NCBI GenBank assembly: GCA_950097015.1
Contig: CATNEN010000014.1
Location: 1,550,001 to 1,614,000, forward strand
Reading direction: 5' to 3'
Length of the DNA stretch: 64,000 nucleotides
Source of the DNA: Macrostomum hystrix
Lineage: Eukaryota > Animalia > Platyhelminthes
Shown here piece after piece: positions 48,099 through 58,619 of the stretch. The position numbers were made by a program, and so were the translations under genes. The notes under the pieces are model-generated. The model did not search any database, was not told the origin of the DNA, and saw nothing but the letters and a program-made list of their open reading frames with translations. Numbering within the stretch: the stretch's first letter is position 1; each line of letters begins with the position of its first letter.

Positions 48099-49718
48099 TT
48101 ATATTCCTGTATGGCCGTTTGCTTTTGCCACTAATAAAGTCCATAAGCGGGCTGCGAAAGCACGATCGCTAGCAGCACCTACGGCGCCTGCGGCGTGCTT
48201 TGCCTGTCGTAGACGTCGTAGACGTCGTAGACGTCGTAGACGTCGTAGACGTCGTAGACCTTCGCCTCCAGCTTCGTCACCTCCAGCTTCGTTGTCTTCG
48301 GATTGTCTTAATAATCTAGAAGCTTGTTTGTAATTTCCTGTTACTTGAGGATTAGTTTTTTGTCCGGGGATTTCTTTTAATATTTTTAGATATGCTTCTA
48401 GTGATTCTTTACTAAATTTATTAAATTCATTTCCAGTTTCTCTAACTTTCTTATATGATAGTAACTCTTCTACTTCTTTTGTTAATGTAAATGTTTTATC
48501 TCTTATTGTTAGTTTTCCATCAATCAATGTAATAGGGACAGTACCAAGAAAGAAACTATCATTGACTTTTCGTAAACGAATACTTATTGGAGGAGTTTCT
48601 GAATCTTTATATTCTTGAATCACCTTCAACATTCTTTCCAAGTCATCATTTATTTTTGAACTTTTTATTTCTTGCTTAACCTCTTCTAATTTTTTAGTAA
48701 TTGGTGCTTGTTTTTTAGCAGCTTCGTCAAATATTCCTAATTGTTGTAAAGTATATGAGGATCTTTTATCATTATACTCATCTCTTGTTTTTGACAAATT
48801 TTCTAAATCTTCTATGTATTTTTTCGTGTTCAAAGGTAGGTCTGCAGTCATCACTGACATTTTAATATTAGAAAAATCACCACTTTCATCTACATAAAAG
48901 TAATTAGGAAAAACATTATTTGCTTTAACATATTTTGTTTTTATTCTTGTTATAAATATACTACCATACTCTATTTCCCAGGCATCTTTACAGGCTTTAG
49001 CAAATTCATTTTTACTACATAGAACTGAAAATTTACTATAAAGTTTTGGAATATCGTCATTGTTTTGTATAAATATAATAAAGGATGTCGTATTTCCTCT
49101 AATTATATTTCTATTTAATTCTATAAAAGATTGAGATAAGTAAAAAATTGGACCTATTTTTCTTCCTCTGGTAAACAAAGATTTTTGAAATTCTTGATCT
49201 TTATCTGTAATTTTATCGTCTATTATTATTAGTGTATTTTCCAAATCCTTGATAGGTGGGGTTGAAGATATCAAAACATTGAAAGGCGGATTCAAGTGCT
49301 GCTGGAGCAGTTTAGACTCTTCTAGAAATCTTTCTACTAAAACTTTATACTTGTTTTTTTTATATGATCTGTATAAAAAATTTATTTGTTGAGGTTCAAT
49401 ACCTTTTGCAAACCCATGTTTCAGAAATTGATATTCCAAATCATTTTGAGTTATTTCTGGTATTAAACAAAAAATTTGTTTTACCTCTGGATGTAGTTCG
49501 TCCAAACGAGAAATGAAATCTACTTGTGTGAGTAAATTAAAAAGTAAATATGTCTTTCCAGAATTTGTGCTTCCTACAATACAACAAAGATTTGGGTATG
49601 GAAAAATTTCTGAAAATTTTAGAGAATCTGAATCAAACATTTTTGGAGAATCATCATAGATGTCTCTTCGAGAATCATCATAGATGTCTCTTCGATAATC
49701 TAATTGCAAAGCTGTCAT
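48099..49718 (-). CDS. A32-like (FtsK-HerA) packaging ATPase with a long C-terminal extension
   Basis: Walker A GSTNSGKT; Walker B IIIDD; TRGRK...YLSQS. Confidence 0.92.
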   Translation of the reverse strand: MTALQLDYRRDIYDDSRRDIYDDSPKMFDSDSLKFSEIFPYPNLCCIVGSTNSGKTYLLFNLLTQVDFISRLDELHPEVKQIFCLIPEITQNDLEYQFLKHGFAKGIEPQQINFLYRSYKKNKYKVLVERFLEESKLLQQHLNPPFNVLISSTPPIKDLENTLIIIDDKITDKDQEFQKSLFTRGRKIGPIFYLSQSFIELNRNIIRGNTTSFIIFIQNNDDIPKLYSKFSVLCSKNEFAKACKDAWEIEYGSIFITRIKTKYVKANNVFPNYFYVDESGDFSNIKMSVMTADLPLNTKKYIEDLENLSKTRDEYNDKRSSYTLQQLGIFDEAAKKQAPITKKLEEVKQEIKSSKINDDLERMLKVIQEYKDSETPPISIRLRKVNDSFFLGTVPITLIDGKLTIRDKTFTLTKEVEELLSYKKVRETGNEFNKFSKESLEAYLKILKEIPGQKTNPQVTGNYKQASRLLRQSEDNEAGGDEAGGEGLRRLRRLRRLRRLRRLRQAKHAAGAVGAASDRAFAARLWTLLVAKANGHTGI

Positions 49719-49741
49719 TTTATTAATATTATTTTCTGGGT

Positions 49742-51109
49742 CTACTCGACTCTTACCATTCTATTTTCTTGCACTTTAATTATACTTTTAGCCCTTTCAA
49801 GAATTACAGCATATGCAACAAGGGCGTTATTAGTTGATTTAGTAACATGAAGGTTAACAATGGCCCCTGTTTGTACTAATTCATCTTGAGCTGTAAGATC
49901 AAAGCAGAAAATTGAATAATGATCTTTCCAATCTAATTTACTTAGTGAAGGTATTGTATTCATTTCATAGCATGTTTTTTCGTACATATCATATGCAGAC
50001 TCTACGTTTTGTTCTACTGGTCTAATTTTTATAGGATTTAATGGATATTGTGTTTGATTTAATGAAAGAGAAATCTCTTGTATTTCTACTGCTTGACCTG
50101 CAGGAGTGGCTCTATATGAATAATATTTTAAATTGTTAGATTGAAAGCTTGCATTTCCACTACTTTTAAAAACTACAAAAACATAAAGAGGCATACTTCT
50201 CAGACAAGCCATCTGCCAAGTATAATTTTGTGGCGTGATTGTTAAAGGCCCGAGTGTTAATCTTTCAGGATAATTTACTGTTATGTCACCACCATCCATC
50301 AAGTCTCTGAGAATCTTTGTTTCTATCGCTGAAGAAAGTGTTATTGCTGGAACCCAAATTTCAAAACTTTCAATTATTAGTTTTGCATTTGTATCTGCGG
50401 CTCCTAAAAATATTTCTCTATCATTTTGTGCTCTATCCCAGTCAAACTTATAAGAAATTCCTTTTGTTACCTTTCCCCAATCTTCCCCAATCTAAAAATC
50501 CAATTAGTGGAGATAGTGCTAATTTAACATAACCCCCTCTTTTTGGGGCTGCTGTTGTGTTGTTATAATTTTCAAACCTTTTTAAGTTTCCTGTGTTTAT
50601 ATATTTTTGTTTGCTCTATCTGCTAAAGCTCTTGCGCCTGTTTTTACTGCATCAGCATCTGCGCCTGCGGCAATAGTTATATTTGAAACTACATTACCAT
50701 CCCCCGTATCTGGAATCCATCCATAAGTTTCTCTTACTTCATCCTCAAGTTTTGAGTATAATATAGTTTTTAATATTGTGTCTGCTTCTCCTGGATTATT
50801 GTATGTTTTTTGCATTCCTCCTATTGTTGCAGTTACTCGTAAAAATAATCTCATAGGCCAGTTATGTTCAAGAGTTATATTGGTGTTTAAATCTGTATTG
50901 TCTTCTTTTGTTATTGAATATTTAATCATTCCAAAGGCTTGTGACATTAAAATATATGAATCGGTTGAATTAATTTCATGAACAATTGTACCTCCGTTAA
51001 GATTATTTGCAGTTCCAGTTGTTGGAGAAATTTTTATATAATCTTTTTTCTTTCTAAAGAAATTGTATTTATCGTTGGAATCTCTAATATTCAAAATGTT
51101 ATCGTCCAT
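49742..51109 (-). pseudogene. Major capsid protein, frameshifted
   Basis: ORFs 50597-51109 and 49742-50302; ITLEHNWP, PLYVFVVF, YSIFCFDLT. Confidence 0.85.
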
Positions 51110-51143
51110 TTTTAGGAATTTAAATTACTTGTGTGGCCGCAGG

Positions 51144-51614
51144 CTATTTCATAGGTCTTAGGATCAATCCTCCACCTTCAGCTTGAGGAGTAATTTTAAA
51201 GATCTTACTAATTACAAATATAAATGCTTCTGGATTTTTTTCTGCATATTTAGAAATTTTTTCTTCAGCGTATTGGGCAGCATCTTTAATTATGCCAGAG
51301 CCCTTTGCTATGCCGCTACCGCGTATTGTGTTCACACCGCTACCGCGGATAGCTTTAACTTTTTCTTCTTCAATTTTTTCTAAATTATCTTGGTGTTTCT
51401 TTGTATTTACTGTTTCTGCTATTTTTGCTTCTCCTGCGGCAACTCCTCCGGTTGCACCAGCAATTCCAGCAATTAAAGGAATTAATGTTAATAGTGGTAG
51501 GATGCCGCCTTCTTTTTCCTTTTTTATTTTTTTTATTTTCTTTTTAGAAAGATAATATCTTACCCCTTTATATTTAAAATGCATTGGAGTTTCTTTTTTT
51601 ATATATTTATGCAA
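51144..51614 (-). CDS. Maverick core protein with Gly-Gly protease-site-like motifs
   Basis: EGGILPLL; IRGSG repeated; homolog at 6223-6679. Confidence 0.7.
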   Translation of the reverse strand: MHKYIKKETPMHFKYKGVRYYLSKKKIKKIKKEKEGGILPLLTLIPLIAGIAGATGGVAAGEAKIAETVNTKKHQDNLEKIEEEKVKAIRGSGVNTIRGSGIAKGSGIIKDAAQYAEEKISKYAEKNPEAFIFVISKIFKITPQAEGGGLILRPMK

Positions 51615-51797
51615 GCTTTTTTCTAGAGCTTTATGAGTTTTGCTGTGAGGTTCTTCACTTGTGCCGATGCCTGTACCTGCAGCAACTCCGTTGCCGCTAC
51701 GCGGGTTTGGATTCTCAGCAGTAGCTGCCGTAGGCTGACCTTCGGTAACTGCCGACTTCGCGGCTTGTTGAGCGGCCAGTTTAATTTCATTTTCTTC

Positions 51798-52136
51798 TTA
51801 TAATTTATTTGCCGCTAAATTTTCTCTTCGAATCACTTTTAATTTGTTATATTCTTCAGCGGCTTTATTTGCTTCTGATGCTGCTTTTTTAGCGTCAAAA
51901 ACATTTTTTACTGCTAATCCAAGTTGTCCTGTCGCTTGCGCGGCTGAAACTATTTTTGGGCCATAATTCGTTAATGCAGATAGTGCAGAATCAAAAATCC
52001 CTTCTCCTGCAGCACTTGTGCCTTCTCCTGCTGTCGCTGCGGCGGCTTTCGGTCCGACGTACCCACCACTGCTCATACTTATTTCTCCACGACATTTCAT
52101 TCTATTTATATATTTTCCATTTGCGTTAAAAGCCAT
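51798..52136 (-). CDS. Maverick core (pVII-like) protein
   Basis: GEGIFD motif, Ala/Lys-rich. Confidence 0.6.
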   Translation of the reverse strand: MAFNANGKYINRMKCRGEISMSSGGYVGPKAAAATAGEGTSAAGEGIFDSALSALTNYGPKIVSAAQATGQLGLAVKNVFDAKKAASEANKAAEEYNKLKVIRRENLAANKL

Positions 52137-52151
52137 TTTAATGAATTTTTT

Positions 52152-53597
52152 TCACGCATATAAAAGCTGTTCTTTATAAAAACTTCCTATAATTTCTTCA
52201 CCATCTTCGTCTTCTAAAATATATGTTATTGGTTTTGTTTCTAATACCTTTTTCACTATAAACACTTCAGATATTTTCCAATAACCTTTTCTTCCTTTTT
52301 CAAATTTATCCTTATATTTATAAATATGAACTCTATCTCCCACATTAAACTTCTTGTCTCCTGACTTTTCGGCTACGCCACCTGAAGTATCATTCTCGAA
52401 GAGACATCTATGATCATTGCTGGGGTATTCGGAGATCTTGCTCTGCAGGCTTTGCCTGTCGAAGAGCACACCGAAGGAGACTTTTCGAGGGTCTTTAGAA
52501 GCTTCAGTGGGTGTACAGCCTAATGCAGAATGTACTGTGTTGTTATACTCATCTACAGTAGGTTGTAAGATTTTTAGCCATTTCTGATTTCCTTGTAAGT
52601 CAAATTTAAACCAGAGTTTATTCGTCAAAGTTCTGTTAAATCTTTCAATCATAGCATTCTTAGACTCTCCATAAATTGAATACATTCTGTTAATGTAAAC
52701 ACCATTTGAGTCTTTCTTTCTTACATCATCTTTTGAATAAGTATACAATTTGTACATGTGTTGGTTGTAGAATTCTTTTCCTTCGTCAACACATAAGCGT
52801 TCTGATTTTCTACCTCCTCCGGACGGCGAAGCCGGCGAGGCCGCGGAGTCATAGATTTTTTCAAATGCTTGGGCCACTTCTTCTCCCTTTTTTGACTTTA
52901 AAGGAATCGCCCAAGCAAAACGAGTAAAGCCGTCCAGAATATATTTATGACCACGTTCTGGAGGCATAACAATTAAATCCGCATGCCAAACTTCGTCTTT
53001 ATAGTGGTGCACAAATTTTCTAAACACTTTTGGTTTACGATATGGGGTATGCTTTTTTATTGCCTCTTCTAAGGAGAGACCTTGTCCATAGTGAAAGAGG
53101 CAGCTAATACAGGAGTTGGGATTGTGTGTTTTATTACCCGTAAGCCCTAGGCCAAATTTAACCTTCGATTGTATAACTCTTTTCACAAGCTGACGTGTTA
53201 GTCGCTCTTTTATGGTCAAGTCTTCAGCTGGAATTGCGTCTAGCTCTTGTAACATCTGTTCGTCGGGAATGTGTTTTTTGGAAAGAGCGTCTTCGGGGGT
53301 TTGTGAAGAATCTTCCGCATCTCTATACCTTTTATCGTGATTATATGCTGTCCAGTCTATAGGATTTATAGGAAGACTGTCTACTCGTGGTCGATCTGTA
53401 AAAGAATTTAATCTCAGCGTTAAATTTGTTCCTGGCCCTGCAAAGGAATATCCAGGAATGTGCATTTCTCCCTTATACCGTCCGGGGGTGAAATGAAGCT
53501 TGTGAGAAAAGGAAGTTAGTGCGGATTGTAAATCCAAGCTGCTACCTAAAGTCATTCTCGACGAGACATCTATGATGATACCGGACTGAAAAGCCAT
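52152..53597 (-). CDS. Retroviral-type integrase with an N-terminal parvovirus-VP1u-like phospholipase A2 domain
   Basis: PGYSFAGPGT and AYNHDKRY (PLA2); WHADL, CVDEGKEF, IERFNRTL (DDE); FNVGDRV...YILED C-terminus; first ATG at 53597 (track start is a GTG at 53618). Confidence 0.92.
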   Translation of the reverse strand: MAFQSGIIIDVSSRMTLGSSLDLQSALTSFSHKLHFTPGRYKGEMHIPGYSFAGPGTNLTLRLNSFTDRPRVDSLPINPIDWTAYNHDKRYRDAEDSSQTPEDALSKKHIPDEQMLQELDAIPAEDLTIKERLTRQLVKRVIQSKVKFGLGLTGNKTHNPNSCISCLFHYGQGLSLEEAIKKHTPYRKPKVFRKFVHHYKDEVWHADLIVMPPERGHKYILDGFTRFAWAIPLKSKKGEEVAQAFEKIYDSAASPASPSGGGRKSERLCVDEGKEFYNQHMYKLYTYSKDDVRKKDSNGVYINRMYSIYGESKNAMIERFNRTLTNKLWFKFDLQGNQKWLKILQPTVDEYNNTVHSALGCTPTEASKDPRKVSFGVLFDRQSLQSKISEYPSNDHRCLFENDTSGGVAEKSGDKKFNVGDRVHIYKYKDKFEKGRKGYWKISEVFIVKKVLETKPITYILEDEDGEEIIGSFYKEQLLYA

Positions 53598-53800
53598 TTT
53601 AAAGATTTTATTTTGCACGAGGAGCTGATCTGATTGCAGCAGAGCTAACAGCGCAGCTGATTGGTCGTCAGAATTCCGTCAGTTTTCTGTCAAGATTTAG
53701 TCAAAAATTATAAAAATTTTAAAATTCTGACAGCGACAGAAAACTGACGTCCAATAGGAAGGGGGCTAGAATATCATCATAGATGTCTCTTCGAGAATGA
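53552..53800. promoter_or_regulatory. Putative bidirectional promoter bounded by an inverted 29-bp motif pair
   Basis: Divergent genes; opposed CCAAT boxes (53660, 53751); TTATAAAA; inner 15-bp inverted repeat 53677-53691 / 53735-53749. Confidence 0.5.
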
Positions 53801-53822
53801 GCATATATACAACACCCACGGA

Positions 53823-54302
53823 GTGGCACCTCCGGTGATCCCCAATATGCTATACTTTAACAACTCTGTGACCATCTTTAAGCACAGAATGACGGGACGC
53901 CCTACTCTGAGAGCAAGGCACTTAGCGCATCATGTGTCTGTAGCCGCTCAGCTGCGCGTATTTAGAACTCAATTTCTAAGGACATCATTTGCGCGAGAAG
54001 CTACTGTGGATGTGCTCTTAAATAGATGCAGAGTCAACTTTGAATTCCTTGAGCAAGACATACAGCTATTCAAGATAGCAAAAAAGTTGATAACGAAAGA
54101 GCGCGCGGTAGCCAACACTGCAGCACAAATCGAAGAGGATGAGTTTGTGCTACAGGCTGCAAACCAAATACCGCTAGATCTGCCGCCACCATACATTGAG
54201 CCGCAACCGGCTCAGCAACAGGTTCAGCAACAGGTTCAGCAACCGGCTCAGCAACAGGTTCAGCAACCGGCTCAGGAAATGGATCAGGAACCCGCCCAGT
54301 AA
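53823..54302 (+). CDS. Maverick hypothetical protein with a Gln/Pro repeat tail
   Basis: 159-aa ORF with QQVQ/QPAQ repeats; start codon uncertain. Confidence 0.5.
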   Translation: MAPPVIPNMLYFNNSVTIFKHRMTGRPTLRARHLAHHVSVAAQLRVFRTQFLRTSFAREATVDVLLNRCRVNFEFLEQDIQLFKIAKKLITKERAVANTAAQIEEDEFVLQAANQIPLDLPPPYIEPQPAQQQVQQQVQQPAQQQVQQPAQEMDQEPAQ

Positions 54303-55808
54303 GTAAGTTACCTTTAACTCTTTCCTTTATGTTCACATATTAAATTTGCATCGAATCATTCTGTAAAAATAGTAAACTTATTTTAGACTTAGAGTGCAAC
54401 AGAGACCACCATGGAGACTCTGAGATCTGCGGAGAACTAACCATCCCACTAGAGACCGTGAATGTTGGACAGACAATTTTGCAAACTGCTATGCAATAAA
54501 AGAAGAACAAATGTCTGTTGAAAATATATGTGTACACGACTTCTATCTTTGTGATCAATTTCCACTTTGTTTTATTAAAAATTGTATACCAGCAACTTCT
54601 TGTCGGAGTCTTCAGTTTTATTTACTTCTAATATTCTATACGAATATTTAGGGTTTTGTTCTGGTACATCAATATTTATTTTTGACAGTCCAGATAGACC
54701 AGACCCTAGAAAGGTTCGGTTCGTCGCCATTTTTTAGAGAATTTTTTTTACAATTTTTATATACTGGGCCCGCAGGAAGCGCGAAGCCATTTTCCTTAGT
54801 AGTGGATATTGGGGTATTCCGATTTTGAAACAGTTATTTTCAATTCCAAAAATATTTTTAACAATTTCTCCTGGGCCCGCAGCGGAGCTGTGGGCTTAGG
54901 AAAAATTGTTAAAAACTATTTTTTGGGGTGGAAAACGGCGTTTTCAAAATACCTTTTTTAAAAAATTGGAGTGTGCCATAACCCGAGTGTTTTGTTTTTA
55001 GTAGTATATATTTTTTATAGAAAATTCTATTTTTTCGGTCTCGAGGGGCCCTTTGAAAAAATGAATACTAATTAAAAAAAAACAGGAGTGTGCCATAACC
55101 CGAGTGTTTTGTTTTTAGTAGTGTTCATTTTTTATAGAAAATTCTATTTTTTCGGTCTCGAGGGGCCCTTCGAAAAAATGAATACTAATTTAAAAAAACA
55201 GGAGTGTGCCATAATCCGATATATTTGTTTTTAGTAGTGTTCATTTTTTATAGAAAATTCTATTTTTTCGGTCTCGAGGGGCCCTTTGAAAAAATGAATA
55301 CTAATTTTAAAAAACAGGAGTGTCCTATACCCCCAATACCTACTACTCTCACTTTAAACTCACTCTTTAAACTCTTGAAAACACCTTCCTTAGAACACTT
55401 GTCTTTAACTTCAACTTCTTACAAGAAAACTTCGGAGACACTTTAGACTCTTTAACACTCTCATACGAACTGAAACCAACGCTTCAAGAGGAGTGGGTTT
55501 GTTTGCCCTTTTTATTTTTCCTGGTCAAAACTCGCGGCTATTTATACAGAGCAAATTGACATTTTGTTAAAACGATAATATTTTACAAAGTATTATTTAC
55601 AGGATACAGTATTAAAACAAAATTATTTACATAAGCATTACTTTCAATACGGTACAAAGATAAACAAAAAATTATTTTTTGGCGCATTTTTGATTTTATT
55701 TATTTTTACAATTTTTATAATAGAAAGACCGTATTTATAAAGTGGCTAACTGTTACAACTTCCCTCTCTAAAGAAAAATTTGAATAAAACAAATGAGTGA
55801 ACATTTTT

Positions 55809-56485
55809 CTAAAAATTACAGTTGTGCGGTAAGTCCTTGAAATATGGGAAATTCACTTGATTAAACAACCAACGGAATTCGATAGTTACTAGCCGATGCT
55901 GAAAGGTCCTGTTGTCGGTCTGCCGCAGGCGCTGAAGCTCCCCTCCAATTGCGGCGTAGATGGTTACCACTTCCGGCTGTGACATCAGTTCCTTAAGCGC
56001 GACCGCCGCCCACACTTGCGCTCGCTGTGGCAAGGCCTCGTCTAACCTTAGGTAGGCGACCCTTGTGAGGTAGCGGAGTATGGAAAAACGGAGCCGTTCC
56101 GCGTGTTCTCCGTATTTTACCATCAGTTCCTGATAAGTCAGCTCCGGTGATGACGGTGGCGGAGGCGGCGGCGGTGGTGGCGGTGTTCCAGCAGAGGGTT
56201 GACCACGCTTCTTGTCAGCCACCGGTGTGATGAAGATCTGGCACGTACTTTTGGTGCCCGGCGTGTTTTTGGCGTGCTTCTCAATTGGCATCGCTGCCTG
56301 GGCCGCCATCAAGTTTGCTCTTCTATTGTGTAGGTCCAATTGCCGTACCTTAGTGGGTGAAGAGGTCCTCGGCCGTTTCCCTGCCACTAGCTGAGGCCTC
56401 GTTGGCTGTCGCTCCGGTGCTGATATTTCGGCGTCACTACTTCTGGTTCCAGCGACCGCAGTAGTTCGTCGAGTTCATTATCCAT
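55809..56485 (-). pseudogene. Extra ORF between Gypsy pol and the 3' LTR (non-env-like), frameshift near codon 33
   Basis: ATG at 56485 MDNELDELL...; KRPR; polyproline; no signal peptide or TM segment. Confidence 0.5.
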
Positions 56486-56859
56486 CTCTGCGCAAATTAG
56501 CTTTTCACAATTACTGCTCTTGGGTGCTGACCCTCCCTTCATTATATAGGCTTTGGGGGTTGGCCAAAAGCGAAATTATCATGGAAACTGTTGTCAAGTT
56601 CTATCTCGATTGCTATTGGCTGGCGAGGGAGGTGGGGTTAGGCAGACTCACGGCTGTGTGGCGTGGGCCTGAGCATAGTTGAGCATAGTGAGCATAGCAA
56701 AATTTTTCTTTTCTTCATAAAACTTTTAATATTCAACTTTAATTTTTAAGAAAGATGAATACATTAAGACGAATAAATTGGTTTTTAAATTTTTCAGATA
56801 TCTTATGCGGTTCTCATTCTGTTGACTGGCGGCACTGAAAAGGGCCGTTTAACTATTTT

Positions 56860-58603
56860 CTACTGTCCATTATGCATTCTCTCGTAGTTAATCGCATTAT
56901 TACGTGGTCTAAGATTATATCTTCCTTCAGGAACTTGATCCTCTTCGTACTGCTCAGCTTCTTGTTCGATTGGTTCATCTTCTTCAGCTTCTTCTTGAAT
57001 TTCTTCCTCAATTTCTTCTTCTATTATACTTTCGATTTCTTCTTCTTCAAATTCTTCAATATCTTCGGGTTCTCTTATTCTCCACTGTAATCTTCTTTCA
57101 TCTTCTTCCTCTTCTTCCTTTTCTTCTTCTTCTTCCTCTATCACAATTTCCTCGGTTTTCTTCTCCTTGACTTTTGTCTTCTGCTTATCAACTTCCCTCT
57201 CTTAATTTTTGGCTCTGTCTTTTCTTCTTGTTGTTCTTCTGGAATTTCTCTCTCAGAGTTCGGGACTGGTGTGAGGTTGTTTCGATGAACCAACATTTTT
57301 TCACCTGTTCTTGTTCCTTCAATTTCCTTCTGTACTCGGAAAACTGTGTCACTTATTTGCGCTAGTACTCGATATGCTGCGCGCTTTTTCCGATGGAATT
57401 TGTTGCTTTCATCTACATGCAATTGTGGGTTGTTGATTAGTGCTAAGCATCCCACTGGGACAATTTTAGGTTGTTTATTCTCAGCAGAGATTTCTTCTCG
57501 TTTGTGTCGAATGTTCTCCAATTTCTTCTGAACTATTCCTCTGACTTCTTCGAGTCGCTTCGCATGATCAGCTACATAGCTCGGATAATCACTGTACTGC
57601 TTCGGCTTCTTAATAATGTTACCAATGGGCAAATCTGCTTCTCGGCCAAACAGTAAGTAGTGTGGAGTGAATCCAGTAGTCTGGTTCACACTTGTTCTAA
57701 CAGCTACTAATGCGGCTGGGATTAGCAGATCCCAATCAGAATGATCTTTCTCCACTAGACAGGTAATAATTGACTTGATTTGTCTATTAAATCTCTCGAC
57801 AAGTCCGTTGCTTTGTGCATGATAAGGCGTTGTGCAGGTATGTTTGATTCCATACAGAACACAGAATGCCTGAAACTGCCTACTCACAAATGTCTTACCA
57901 TTATCGGTATGCATCCACTGACACTGGCCATATTCACTAAAGATTCTCTCTTGGATCAGCTTGATGACGGTGTCGGATTTTTTATTCCGAATCGGGAAAG
58001 CAAACGGGAACTTAGTGGTACTGTCCACAATAGTGAGTACATAGCGGTGTCCTCGTTTACTTTCTTTGGAGATTGGGCCGATAATGTCAATGTGCAGCCG
58101 GTGAAATGGTTCGCAAATTGGGAACGTCTGTACCGGCGCTTGCACTTTACTGCCGACCTTACTCTCTAAACACGGAATACATTCCGAAATATACCGCTCA
58201 ATAGAGGTCACCAATCCTGGTTTCCAAAACCTCTCACGAACACGCTGAATGGTTTTATCACGCCCTAGATGACCTGCGAGAGGACTGTCGTGCAATTCTT
58301 TTAGCACATCCCTCTCAATAGCCTCTGGCAAAACCACTTTCCTTTTTCCGTCTTCTTCAATCACCAACATTTCATCTTCGATTCTCATGTGTTCATAAAA
58401 CTTCGCCATTTTCCTCAATTCTTTACTCGCGTTCTCAGGTACTATTGGCTCTCGGACATCTTGTTCCTTCCAATCTATCAGTGTCCTTATAGAGGGATCT
58501 TCATGTTGAGCTATTGTCAACTGTTCCTTCTTTAACGGGACATTGAGATAGTCGGTCAGAAGTTTCCGACACACGGCCTCATTATGTAATTCTTCCTCAA
58601 AAT
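56860..58603 (-). pseudogene. pol: Gypsy integrase with a frameshifted acidic tail
   Basis: HDSPLAGH...CIPC; IDIIGP; TDNG; GLVERFNR; tail ends RYNLRPR. Confidence 0.93.
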
Positions 58604-58619
58604 AGTCTCTGGCATCTTC

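Larger units (their letters stand above)
40311..55347. mobile_element. Complete Maverick/Polinton (element B), 15,037 bp
   Basis: AGTAGTAG termini; TIRs 40311-41165 and 54611-55347; 6-bp TSD CTCACT (40305-40310, 55348-55353); full hallmark gene set. Confidence 0.97.

Noticed and set aside
52390-52475. 28-bp motif and nearby GAAGAGCACAC as Nextera/TruSeq adapter contamination
   Set aside because: Only short partial matches (TGTCTCTT, GAAGAGCACAC); copies keep reading frames open and are confined to one element; still worth a raw-read check
53552-53800. Motif as a spliced-leader remnant (flatworm SLs end in ATG)
   Set aside because: Several copies are antisense or internal to ORFs, and it does not resemble SL sequences as I recall them
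55809-56387. env gene for the Gypsy element
   Set aside because: No signal peptide, furin site plus fusion peptide, or TM anchor
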